Origin: Paramoeba atlantica
Taxonomy: Eukaryota; Protista; Discosea
Length of the DNA stretch: 64,000 nucleotides
Direction: 5' to 3'
Assembly (NCBI GenBank): GCA_977017575.1
Contig: CDRNVI010000182.1
Location: 121,269-185,268 of the forward strand
Below the pieces are notes generated by a model. That model searched no databases and was not told where the DNA came from. It was given only the letters and a program-made list of their open reading frames with translations. A program made the translations under genes and the position numbers. Numbering within the stretch: the first letter of the stretch is position 1; the number at the start of each line of letters is the position of its first letter. This document shows positions 36,601 through 49,320 of this stretch, one piece after another.

Positions 36601-38620
36601 AAGAGGAATTTGATTAAGTTCCTAATAAGAGGGCTGCCTACAAGAGACAAGTTGGCTCACTTCACAAACCAAAACTCAAGTTGCCAACTCTGCCACTGAG
36701 AAAAGGAGTCATGTACTCATCTTTTGGAGGAATGTTCTGTGGCTGAGGGCCTCCTCCAAGCAATGGGAAGGAAATGTATTTTGTTGAATGTACCCAGCTG
36801 GCAAGAAACTAAGAATGTGTGTGGCCTTATCTCAAATTTTCTCACCAGACAAGAAACCTCTGTGGTGAGTGTTGCCCTGTTGAGTTTGTGGCTCACAGTG
36901 TGTGTGGAAGGATCAAAATCACCCCAGTATGCTATTGAAATTTTCGAAAAAATCCTGAGAAAGAACAAAATCCTCCCTCAACCCCCAAGAACTCAAACAA
37001 AGAAAGGAACCAAAGAGAAGGAAAGTTTTAAATTTAAAGGCTTTCAAGTGTTTTATGACAGTTCAAGTTGTACAGACCCTCATCTGGGGGGTGTAGGCTT
37101 TGCAGTTTTCAGGGAAGGGAAAAAGATATGTGGTGGGTTTGAAACCATCCCTCTTGGGTCCAACAATATTGGTGAATTTGTGAGGAGGGGAGCAGGATCA
37201 ACAGAGAAAACAAGAGAAAAGAAAGAGAAACAGAAACTCTGGATCAAAACCTTTATGGGAAAGATCCCCAGCCAACACAAACAGAACAAGAAAACAACAA
37301 CAAAGAAATAGAAAAGCAAGAAGAAGAACAACAAGAGGAATCACAACTGAGAAAAGCACAGAATCGCCGAAACTCAACTCAAATCAGAATCCCAAGTCTA
37401 CACAGCAACCAAAGAAGGAAGAAAACAACAAAAGATGATGACAACAAAAGAAGAGAACAGAAAGCAAGCAAGGCAAGCCAAAAGATCACAAAGGAAAGCA
37501 AAAAGAGAGAGAGAGAGCGACAAGAAAGCAGAAAGAAAGCAGAAGGCGGCAAAGCAGCAAGAAAAGGGGGGCAAAAAACATGAATGTGAAAACTGAATAA
37601 AAAGAGCGCTAAAAATCTCGTGATTTTGGCTAAAATCATGATAAAATGGCGCGCGGCTGTCTGTGAGGCTCAGGGCTCTCCGAAAGGACCAAAACTCATG
37701 ATAAAAGGCATCAAGGAAGCTCAGGGAAGGCTCAGGGAACTGAAAAGGCACTGAAAGGCACAACTTCCATGTTGGAAGCAGGTCTCACCCCAACAAATTT
37801 ACAGGCTGTCTGAAAGGAATGCAATGTACCAGATCAATGATGAATGAGATTGAAGTTGTTGGTGATTGTATGATTCTCATCAAGGCTGCACCCAAAACCC
37901 ATACCATCAAAAACTATGCCTTGAACAAACTACTTTGTGAAATCCATAAGTTAACAATGTGCTTTGATGAGATAGAATTCATCCATGTACCCTGAGAACT
38001 TAACAAGTGAGCTGATGCAATTGCAACTGCTGCAAGTTGGTCCAAAGAGAATGGAACATGTGCTGTGAATGACCATCATTGGGATCCAAGATCACAACAT
38101 GTTGCAGAAACCAGTGAAGAGTGGATTATTTTGAATTCAACCCTGTGGAACTGGATCAATTCCCCTCTCACCCATGACTGGACTTTCCCCATCCCCCTAG
38201 GGAATTTTGTAAGGAAATTCCAAGGAAACATGGTGACAACCCCCCATGTTTTGTTTCTGGCCCAAACTGCTCTTGAGAATGCTCTAATCCTCCCTGTAAT
38301 AATTACTAAAGATATCCAAGGATGGTTCCATCAGTTCCAAGAGAGCAATCTGGTGAGGAGCTTTATTGAGGAAGATTTTTGAAGGAATGTAATTAACTTC
38401 ATAGAAACCTTCAATCCGAATTCACTCCCTGGTTTTAAAAGGTGGACAATCAAATGCAGACCCTTTAGTGAGAACTAAAGTTGGTAAAGAAACTCCAATG
38501 CATCCCATGCTGAAGAAATCTTTGAATCTAACTCTTAATTTATCTCCCCCCTCTTTTCCATCCTAGAGATGGTTTTTTAACTCTAATAAATGGCACCTGG
38601 TGTTTGAACCTTAAAAAAAA
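33638..38620 (+). mobile_element. Internally deleted LINE: 5' end, ORF1 (415-aa open stretch), then RT-zf-RNase H of a second subfamily
   Basis: ORF 33870..35117. Endonuclease missing (jump at ~35300). RT motifs QTDFCKTYDYV, ISPLLF, LSGFMDDLG. Zinc finger CQLCH...HLLEEC. RNase H VFYDSS...NNIGEF. Tail AATAAATGG...A10 at ~38590-38620. Confidence 0.9.
37179..37795. mobile_element. Solo LTR (617 bp, CpG-retaining copy) inserted in LINE RNase H
   Basis: TGTGAGG...CCCAACA with 4-bp TSD AATT (37175-37178 / 37796-37799). It splits the motif NNIGEF|xGCL. Confidence 0.92.
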
Positions 38621-40292
38621 AAGATGTAGCTGCATCAAGTTGAAACTCTCATCTTGGGAATCCTCTTCTTTTGTGTGTGGACTTACTGCTCAATACTGTT
38701 CAAACCTCTTCACCTCAATAGTGAGTGCTGCCTTACTTGCACTGTGGATAACTGTGTATGCTGAAGGATTCCAATCTGCTGAGTATGCTATTGATATCTT
38801 TCACAAAGTCTTTTTTTTTTTTTTTTGAGGCAAACTTTATTCAATTAGTAGTTCTTAATCTAAGCCATTTGAATTACATTAAATTTAGTTTGTTTTTAAC
38901 CTCTAATGAGAGGTGAAGTTTTAAACTTCAGCTTAGTTCAGTCAGTCTTTATGCTGAACTTTAGAACTTCTGCAAGTTCAGGCTGGAGGATGCACATCAG
39001 AAGGGAGAATAATTCAAAGCTCCTTCCAAGGGAATTTATCCTCAACTTTTTAGCAGACAGGGCTGAGATGTAATCTGTTCTGATTTTCACACTTCTTCAA
39101 GAGCTCCTCACTCCAATCAAATCACTCTACAGCACCAGAAAAATTTTCCATAATATCAAAAAACTGGGATTTGAACTCACCCCCCTGGGGTTGGACATAG
39201 TCGAATTTATGACTAAACTATAGGCACCAACCCCAACTTTCACAAAGTCTTAAAGAAGAACAAACTCCTTCCCAAACCTCCTCATAAAGACCCAACCTCT
39301 GCAAAAAAGAAGAGAGAGATTGAAAAGTTCAAGTTTAAAGGCTTACAAGTTTTCTATGATGGTTCAAGCTGTACTGATCCTCATCTTGGTGGTGCAGGTT
39401 ATGCTATCTTCAGAAATGGAAAGGAAATCCTGGCTGGTGCTGAAACTATTCCCTTTGGTACAAATAATGTTGGTGAATTCAAAGGCTGTCTCCTGGGATT
39501 AAAGAATGCAAGAGGTTTGGGTTCCCACATCCAAATTGTTGATGATTGTATGATATTAACCAAGACAGCTCCTAAGAATCACAATATTAGCAACCATAAA
39601 CTTAACCTTCTGTTGATAGAGATTAAAGCTACTGCTGCTAGATTTGAAGATGCTGAATTTATCCATGTTTTCTGTGAACTTAACAAACATGCTGATGCTA
39701 TTGCTACTGCTGCTAGTTGGTCAGTTATGGATGGAATGGCTGCTGTTAATGATTCCAAATGGGACCCTCATGCTAAACAAGTTGGAAAAACTAAAGAAGA
39801 ATGGATTGTTGATAACTCTCTCTTATGAACTAAACTGAACAACCCCCTCAAACATAATTGAAGTTATCCCATTCCCTCTGCCTCACTCTTGAGGAAATTT
39901 CAAGGATTAGTAATTACAACTCAAGTGGTATACTTCCCCAAACCTTTCTTTCCTGATGGAACCTTGATAACCCCTGTAGCCCTCTCTAAAGATCTCCATG
40001 ATGTATATTCTACTTCAATTCCAAGCAACAAGTTATGTGAAAGCATATTGGATAATGAAAAGAATAGAAAGAAAAGGAAAAAAAAGAAAAAAAGACATAT
40101 AACCTTTAAAGAAGGTAGACCTCTTCCAAGTAATGATAAAGATTAACAAACTATGCTAATATTTAACTGATTTAAATATAATTAACTATGCTTATGTTAC
40201 CAATTGGTAAGACCTAAATTAACTTTTCCATCTATATGATGGTTTTTTATCTTAATAAATTAATGGCATCTTCTGATGTCTAGTGAAAAAAA
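38621..40292 (+). mobile_element. 5'-truncated LINE 3' portion (RNase H and tail)
   Basis: Best-preserved RNase H: VFYDGSSCTDPHLGGAGYAIFRNGKEILAGAETIPFGTNNVGEFKGCLLGL...IHVFCELNKHADAIA. Tail AATAAA...GTCTAGTG-A8. Confidence 0.9.
38813..39236 (-). mobile_element. tRNA-derived SINE, family B
   Basis: Perfect 15-bp TSD CTTTCACAAAGTCTT (38798-38812 / 39237-39251). Poly(A) tail preceded by AATAAA. Head has A-box-like TAGTTTAGT and B-box GAGTTCAAATCCC. Confidence 0.9.
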
Positions 40293-42510
40293 ACAAAGTA
40301 AACTCACAAATGTGAAATGGACAATTTTATCCATAGTTGGGAGGTCCCTCAAGAAGAACTTCAGAAGATTTTGTTTAATCTAGAGTCTTTGTGGAAGAGA
40401 TAAATTATAGATCATACATTTCAAGCAGCCATCCCCTACATAGAAATTCTTCACTCCCACAAAAATGTTCTAAGATAGGAGAGAGAAAGATCTCTTGGTT
40501 TTGGAGCCCATTCTCATTTATTCTAAGATAACCCTATTAGCTTCTAAAGCATCAATCCTCATAGCTCCAATGGACAATAAATTCTTATAATAATCTTCGA
40601 GAGGCTTTCTTGATACCAGTAGAGCTCAGTTGAACAGAATAGAGTGTTTAACTTGGGGTTTTTCAAAGAACAGGGGACAAAGAGAAGTCATTATATAAGA
40701 CTTTAGATTTGCATATACACCTAAGGCTGAATGAATGGCTTTCCACATCTTTGAGAAGATAGCTTTTGAGATAAGCTTAAATCTTGCCAAATAATCCATA
40801 CAAGGAATAAGATAAGTATTAATCATCTAAACTCTTTGCCCTTTGCCACAGCTTCCATAAACCCATCATATATCAATTCTACTGTATTATCAATGGACCT
40901 TAGCATTTTGTTCAGGGAAAATCACCTCTCTAGCACTTTCCATCAGCCATTTGGCCCAATATCTCATCACAATCCAATAATCAGAATTGATAATACTTAT
41001 TGGTTGAAATTGGTCAGGATAAGGAATATTCTCAATCTTGGGTAGCAACATAAGTTGACTCTTCCCAAATGACTTAAAAAAATCCATTAATTCTCCAACT
41101 CTTTAGATAAGTTCACACCACATATCACACAGTTGTTCACTTGTCACTTTGTAGAGAGTAAAGGGAATACCATCTGGGCCAGCACTTGAATTATTGCACC
41201 ATTGCAGCAGTTTATCAATCTTGACCCCATCAACAACATGATAATCAATCTTAAGAAACTAAGGTTTATAGTTTTCAATCAGCTTCTAAAGAGAGTCCTT
41301 GTTGTACAGCCTCACTGAGCTCAAAAGATTCCCCCAAAATTCTTTAATTGCTTTCTAAACCATACTATTATCTCTGGAAATGACCCCATCCACAACAATT
41401 CCTTTAACCCTTAGGGATGATCTCACTTTAGGCCTCACAGAGTGATTGTTAATAAAGATCCCTAACTGTCCTGCAATACATTCAATCTTCTTGAATGCTG
41501 CAGAAATCATTCTAGGGATTATTCTTCTCCTCCACAACTTTCCTTTCTTCAGACCCTTCCAACCAAAAGAGGCTTGATCCAACAGACCCATTTCAAGGGA
41601 AGAGTATGGCCTCTGGACAGTAGATTTCCTAAGAATGTGAGAATTGCAAAGGGATCTTACAAGAAAATGGATCTTCCACAGTTCTCTAAACAATGCTGCC
41701 TCAATGTTTCTCTCTCTCCAGTAGGGAACTAATTCCCAAGCTGTGATCTTGAACCTGATCAAAAACTCATTAGAATCATCATCCTTGAAGAAAGTACCCA
41801 TCCTCTCAATAAGAATGTTAATGAATCCATGGTTATTAATCAAATACTCAAAGATGAATTTCTTATTCACTCAAATCTCCCATTTCTTAAATAAGGATCC
41901 TCCAATCAATAGTGCATGATCTTTAAAGCCAGATGGGATGGTATTGATAAACAATCATTTTAATGGAGTCTTAGATGAGAAGAAAATATGATTGATACAT
42001 CTTCCTTTATAATGGGTGGGTTCATTCCATTTCAAGTGTAACATACAGAAGGAAGTACAACACTGTTCAATCTCTTCTATTTGTTTTTCCCTCATATTTT
42101 AGTTGAAATCACCTTCAAAGATATTTATGCTTCTGGGATTCTAGCCAAAGAACCAAGTGGCCTTCTGCAAGATGGTGACTACTTTAAGGTCAGGATGATA
42201 GTATATATTTAGAATAGAATAGTTTGTTGATTTAATAGTCACATAAACTTCAAATAATCCACTCATGGTTTAATCAAAGAAACAAAGAGAAATCTCTTTC
42301 ACCCCCTCCATCTGCTTAACTCCAATGAGCAGATCCCTTCTCTTTCCAAAAAAATTGTCTCTCAACTAAATATACTTTCTCAATTGGTTCTTAATAAGAT
42401 CAAGGTTACATTCAGAATCAGAGTAAGATTCTTGAATCAAAATGAAGAGGCCAACAACTCCCAGCTATCTTCTGAAGGGTTTTCAATTTGTTGAAATTTT
42501 AAACTTCATT
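40293..42510 (-). mobile_element. Decayed LINE ORF2 fragment (endonuclease, linker, RT pieces; internal deletion)
   Basis: Endonuclease remnants at 42000-42500, SAGPDG at ~41180, QLMLLPK...QFQPISIINSDY, then INTYLIPCMDYLARFKL. Confidence 0.8.
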
Positions 42511-42512
42511 CA

Positions 42513-45500
42513 TGTTTCAGGAAATAACATGTGCATTGGAAAACCTACATTCATCTATGCCCAAACCGTTCTTGCTGGCATCAACATGAACATGGAAAGG
42601 TTTCTCTAATTCAGAGTAAGCCAACATGGGAGGTTCTGCCAAAGCTTTCTTGATAGATTCAAATTCCTCAATGTGATCTTCTTCCATCTTGAAAGGCTCT
42701 TTCCCATGCAACAACTTCCAGAGATTAATTGTTTTTGATGAAGTATTCTGAATAAATTTTGCAACCCAGGTAACAAGTCCCAAAAATCAGTGCAAGGCAG
42801 GTCAATCCTCTGGCATTGGGTAATCAAGAATTGCAGACACCTTCTTAGGATTTGGAGAAACACCATCACCAGAACAGATGTGTCTGAGAATCTCAAATTC
42901 AGGTTGAGCAAATGAACATTTCTTAGTATTCACCATAAGGTCCACATCTCGCAATCTCTGAAGCAATTGTTTGATTTTTTTGATGTGCTCTTCTTTCGTT
43001 TGGGAGAAAATAATAATGTCATCAACATAAACCATACAACAATCCCAAAGCATTCCATCCAAGACTTTCTCAATAAATCTTTTGTGCATATCTGAAATAT
43101 GGCCATGAATCAATTGGTCTTGAGCAAAAGTCATCTTCCTCACTCTTTCTCTGATTGGTTGGGTGCCAGGTTCCACCTCGATTGGGTGTTTGGCTAAGGT
43201 TGTTCTTTGGAGTTTCTCTTGTTTAGTCCAAACATCCTCATAGTCTATCAAGGTTTGCATCAACTTTTTCAACTTGTCAGGCTTCAAAACACAACCCTCC
43301 AGTTTGAATTCATTTAGGATCTTCAGAAAATCAGCACGAAAATCTTCCAATTCTTCCTTTGTGACACCCTTGTCACTCCTATCTCTGGCAGCAGTGGCTC
43401 TTTTGACAAGAATTGCATTCAGAATATTGGTATCTTCCAAAGCCATTTCATCATCATCATCTTCCACCAGTACACTCTTCAAATTCTTGAAATCATCAAT
43501 GGGACTAATCTCATTAGGATCATCAATGGACTCAGGGGTGTGCTCTTGGAAAAGATTGGAGTCTGGAATCTCAATAATTATGATGTTGTCAAAATCACTT
43601 TTCTCACAATAAACAACATGAGCAATTGGCTTGGAATTGTCCAATTGGACTTTTCAAAAGCAAGGATTCGAAATGGCAACATAAGATTCTCCACCCTCCA
43701 TTCTTACTAGGCCCTCTTGGAGTACAAGATCTTGACAATATCTATAGACTGGCATGACATAACCATCACTTTCACCTTGGTAATTTGTATCTTTGGACAT
43801 TTTTTCAGAAACTTTCAATTTCACAACTCTTCTTGAACGGGGTGGGATTTTCACAGCTTGTGGGTAAAGAAGAGCAACAGGTTGAGGATTGGGAACCACG
43901 CTTGCAATGACAGTTTCCTTTTTCTTTTTCACAGAGAAGGGAACAGGAGTACCACCATGAGGAATCACAAATCCACGGCTGTTCATAATATCCAAACCCA
44001 CATCAACTTGGTAACCCAGGCCCAAAATCACGTCCAAAGTCAAATTGTTCAAGACAGAGAAATAAATGTTCCTCTTCACAGATCCCAAAACAACTGGCAA
44101 GGCTACTCTCCCCAAACGTTGTAAAGCATCACCACCAGCAGAGAGAAATCAACTCAAATGTCTCGCTTTTTCTAAGGTTAAGTGATTAAAATGTTTCTGG
44201 TAAAAATCACCACTAATGCAGTCGACTGTCGCTCCAGAATCAATTGCAAACACCACTTCTTTGTTCCCCAATTTTCCTTTCACCAATAAGGGTGTATCAG
44301 TGTTAAGTTTGACTGCATCAATTTCGAGGTGGTTTTCTGCTTCTTCTCTTTGTTTTGTCACTTCCACTGGGTTGGGAGGGCCTTGAATCACCGAAACAGA
44401 TTGTGTCTTGACTTGTGAGTCCTTTAATTGGAGATTTGGTTGAGCAGGTGGTGCAGCACAAGTCAGGGGAAGTTGCACTTCAGATTGGGGAAATTGAGAG
44501 GTTTGACATCGAGATTGTTGAGAAGTAGATTGAGAGAATTGCAGAGATTCAAGAGAAGGTTGTTGAGGAACTTGTTGAACCAGTTGAGAGAGCTGAGAAA
44601 ATTGAGAAAACCCGAAAGAAGATTGTTGAGAGAATTGTACAAAATCTGTGGAAGCTAAATGAGGAGATTTTATGAGGGGGTGTCCCCTGTGCCCCCAGGC
44701 CGAAAATCCTGTTCTGTTGATTGAGTTCGAGGTTGTTGAGGTTGCTGTCCCTGTAACTGTTGCTGTTGTTGTGTTTGATCCAAAATTAGTTGTTGTTGCC
44801 TTTGAAGAATTTGAGGATTGAGTCGACTGGTTGTTTGTTGGGAATCAAGGAGAAGTTGTTGTAATTGAGCAAGAGTGTGGGATTGAGGTTGTGATGCTGG
44901 TGGTTGAGATTGAGTAAGAGCTTGCTCAAGTTGTGGTAAGGCTCCCTGAGGTTGTTGGTATTGTATTGCCTGATGAGGTGTGATAGGAGTATTGTTGGTC
45001 CCAGTTGGTTGTATAGGAAGAAATGTTGTACCAGGGGTTGGTTGGATTGCTCCCACAGTTGTGCTTGGATTCCAAAACTCAGGTGGTTGATGTGTTACAG
45101 CTTGGGGTGTTGGTAAGATGCCAGCTTGTCTTGGATTTTGTTGAGTTAATGCTGTTGTCAGGGGTGTGTTTTCAAATAGAGGTCCAGCTGCACCAGATTT
45201 CAGACAATGCATGGCCTTATGTCCCAAAGCACCACATGTGAAGCACTTCCCTTGAAAAGAACCAAACTGACCTCTACCACATCCTTGGCCCTGGCCTTGG
45301 CATCATGAGTAACAATCTTCCACATCATGTCTAGATTTCCCACAAAAGTCACAAATCCTCCCTCTTCCTGTTGGAGGTTGAAAAGAGTTTGGTTGTCCAC
45401 TTGACCAGGATGCAGATAGAACTGTTGGAAACTGTTGCACAGGAGATTGTTGAAATTGTCCTTGGGGAAATTGTTGTGCTGGAGATTGTTGAAATTGTCC

Positions 45501-48500
45501 TTGGGGAAATTGTTGTGCCAGAGATTGTTGAAATTGTTGCTGAGAAGATTGTTGGATTTGTTGCTGAAAAGCTTGTTGCATTTGTTGTATTTGTTGTTTT
45601 TAGAGAGTCTCAATATTTGCCTTGTACTGACAATCTGAGGTGGAATGTTGTGACAGCCTGCAAAATGAACATTGAAAAGGGGTCCCCTTCTGCAAAACTG
45701 CTTGCATTGCATTTGACTGTTTCAAAAGAGTGTTCACCACTGCATGTTGGTCAGGATCCCTGTTCCTTGAGCTTGAAGACTTGGATTCTGATTTCACTTT
45801 CTGCCATGCTCTGTCCACATACTCCTTGTCCTTCAACCATTCCATAAATTTCATGTTGTTCCCTGAATTGTATTTTACTATTCTTGACACCTCATTAGAG
45901 CTGAAAGGGAGCTTCCCAGCATAAATCTTTTGGACATCTTTAACTGGTGATTTTGTTTTGTTGGCAAAATTGAGGAAGGCCCAATTGTAGTCTATACAGG
46001 TTTCGAAATCCTCAGGTTTCAGCTTCTGTAAATCTTGTATTGCCTGAGTTTCTGCCACCTCTAGAGGGGTTGAAGCACCAAAAATGTTTCAAAGGCTGTA
46101 GAGGTCCTCAAGACTGTGGATTTCATCAAGATTTACAAATTGATTGCTGATCCATTTTGTGTTGAAAATCTTGAAGGTGAGAGAGTCATCCCAACCATGG
46201 ATATCTTGCAAGCACTGCAATTCCTTTGTAAACTGTACAAAATCTCTGGTGAGTGAATCCAACTTTGTAGTGAAACTCAAAACTTGTTTCAAGGTTGTGG
46301 TTTCCATTGCCATCTTCCTCCTCTTCTTGGCTTCTTCTGTGGGTTCATTACAGTTTCGCTTCTCAGTTGACATGATGATAATCTCCTGAAAAAAAAATAT
46401 GATCCAAGATTCCAAACAAACAAAATAGTTGCGTGTAGTCACAGGAGTCACAGAAGTCACAGAACTCATGGAAGTTACAGAAGTCACAGAAGTCATAGAA
46501 GTCACAGATCCAATTCAGGCTGGACAAAAAACAAGATGTCCCAGAGTCACAAAATACAGTGTATAATTCAAGGTTGGTCCAGTCAGGCAAGGTAACTCAA
46601 GAAAGAAATCAAAACAAAGGATTTTCCACACAATAAGCCAGTAATTTCAAGGAAGATTTCCAGAAAATTTGATTCCTCAATCTAGGCAAAGGAATTGGAC
46701 CACAAAGATTCAAGGGATTTTGCTGAAATGAATACTGGTTGAAGAAAACTAGACTTCTGGGATGCTCAAAAATCCGCAAAATCCAAAAAACAGAAGGAGT
46801 TTAAAAGGACTTTGTCACAAACAGTTCCAATAATGAACAAATCAGAGAAATATAGGAAAGTTCAGCAATTGGAAACAGCACAGAAAGAAATCAAAGGAAT
46901 TAAGAAAAAATAATCACAGAAAATCCCAGCAAACAAATGATTATCCAACAACAATAATTCAAAAATGTCTTATATTGTCACTCAATTCAAAAGAAAAAGG
47001 GAACAAGATGCCAGAAACTCGAAAATTGCAAAGCAGGATGGAATTGTAAGGTTTCAGGGCTGAAAAACAGTGAGAAATTCCAAAACTTCCACTCTAAAAC
47101 AACAGGAAAGAGTTCAGAAGAGAGGGGTGTCTCATCATCTCACTTGGGTAAAGAGCAAACAAGGCCACAAAAGAACTCAGTAATCCAAATACAAAAACAG
47201 AAAGTCACTCTGGCAGAAAATACAAGAGAATATCTGAAACTTGGAGCCTACAGAACAATGAGAGTCCAGAATAACCAACAAAGGGATTGTTTCTGAAGAA
47301 GGTCCAATCCAAGAGAGAACTTCAATAAATTTAGAAGTGATTTGTCACCAATACTGACTCAAACAATGCAAGGTTCGATCACAAACTCAGGAAATCAGAT
47401 GAAATATTTGAGAATCCAAAAATTGGCTCAAAAATGATTCAGAAAGAATATGATCTCAGAAAGGTCTTTCCCATCCCACAAAATTCTACAAGGAAGGTTG
47501 TTCACAAATTCAACTCAAGGATGAAGGGGAGAACACACTCAAAATCAGCAGGTCACAAAAGAAAAATCAGGAATCTTTACAGTCACACAAACAAAACTTT
47601 CCGAAATACCACCAAAACAGAACTGAGATTGAGGGTAATTTCTTAAGAAATCATCAAAAGGAGTAACAATGTTTTGCAAATCGCCAAAGGAGTAAGCAGA
47701 GAACTGAAAGACCACTAAAGGAAATGACTTCAAATTTAATTAACTTGAAAATCAGCCAAATAGGGTATTTCTGGAGTGTCACTCAAACAGGCTCAAAAGA
47801 GGGGAACAAACTTCTCAAATTTGTTGAAAACCTTTTAATGCTAATAGAATCATTGAAGAACAAAACAAGAACAATAAAGCTACTAAGCAGAGCAATTCAG
47901 AGGGCAATGCAGTCAATGTGTGGTTCTCAAAAATTCTGCAAACAGGGCACAAAACAGTGGGTAAATTTAAAAAAATTATGGGGATTGTTTAAGATGTTTC
48001 AAAGATCAACTAAGAACAAAATAAGAGGAAAGAAAACCACAGAATAGAACTGATCTGGATGGTCTTGCTCAGAATTGGCCAAAATGAAGTGTTTCCAAAA
48101 TATTGCTCAAACAACTTCAAAAAGGGAACAAAACTTCAGAAATTATCAAGAGTCTTAGGTTGCCACTAGAATCATCAAAAAGCAAGAGAAGGGAAGAGAA
48201 AACCACTCAAAAGAACAGTTCAAAACAAGATTCAATCACTGTAGGGAAGTTTTCGAATTTCTGCAAGAACAAGCCCAGAAAGGAGGATAAATTTCCAAAA
48301 ATTACAGGAATTGTTTGAAATGTCTTGGAGATTGCCAGAGGACAAAATAAAGGGAAAGAAATTACTAGAGAAAACAAGTCCAAATATAATTGTTTCAAAT
48401 TCTCCAAAACAGAGATTCTTCAAAAATTTCACTGAAACAAGATCAGAATAGGGGATAACCTTCTGAAAAGCCACTTGGTAACTCCCAAACACCTCAAGAG

Positions 48501-49320
48501 TTGCCAACAAACAAGAAAGGGAAAAGAAACTGTTCAAAAACAATTCCAAAACACAAAGGGCTTAAAGAGAGAAATCTTCCAAAACACAAGAACTCAAAGA
48601 GAGAAATCTTTTAGAAATTCTGCCAGAACAAGGTTGAAACGAGGAATAAATTTCTAAAAGGTCACCAAAAGCTTTCAAACACTTCAAGAATTGCCTACAA
48701 CAAAATAGAAGAGAAGACTGTTGAGAACACACATCCGAAACACAATTGATTCAAATAAGTCTTTTCACAAATTCCACAAGAACAAGGTCAAAAGGGGAAA
48801 CCAATTCAAAACAAGGTCCAGAGAGAGAATCAAATTCTGAAAATTCACAGGGGACTTTGAATTGTTCTAGTAATCATTAAAAAGCAAGGTCGAAAAGCAA
48901 AATCAAAAGAAAACAACTTTGAAGCTCAATTGTTTCAAATAAAAGTATTTTTCTTTTTTCAGAGATTCCACCGAAACAAGGTTGAGAGAGGGAATTGAAT
49001 TCTAAAAATTTGTCAAAAGCTTTGAATCACCTTGAGAATCAATAAAAGACAAACAAAAAGAGAAAACCAACAAGAAAACAGCCTTGAAACAGAATTCACC
49101 CCAAAAGAGGAAATTTCCGGAAATTCCAACAAAACAAGGTCAAAAATCAAGATAAATTTCCAAAAATTTGTTTGAAGCTTTAAATAACCTTGAAAATCAA
49201 CAAGGAAAGAGAATGGGGCACAACAAAATTCAATTGTAAAACGAAAGAAAAGAGAACAGAAAAAGCAAAAAAAAAATCAAAAGAAATGAAAAACCAATTT
49301 TCACCACAAAATCTGGGTCC
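42513..49320 (-). mobile_element. Second Ty3/gypsy element, truncated: long leader, gag, protease, deleted RT, start of RNase H; no LTRs or integrase seen
   Basis: Gag with CCHC knuckles (CSFCRLSQHSTSDC, CDFCGKSRHDVEDC, CFTCGALGHKAMHC). Protease AIDSGATVDCIS (~44235). MVYVDDIIIFS (~43020). RNase H FHVHVDASKNGLG. RT motifs upstream of YVDD are deleted. Confidence 0.9.
47750..49230. repeat. Degenerate ~155-190-bp tandem array in the leader of gypsy element 2
   Basis: Recurring motif (G/A)AACAAGG(T)...GAG(G/A)ATAAATTTC(T/C)AAAA near 47785, 47940, 48110, 48265, 48435, 48625, 48810, 48975, 49135. Confidence 0.6.
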
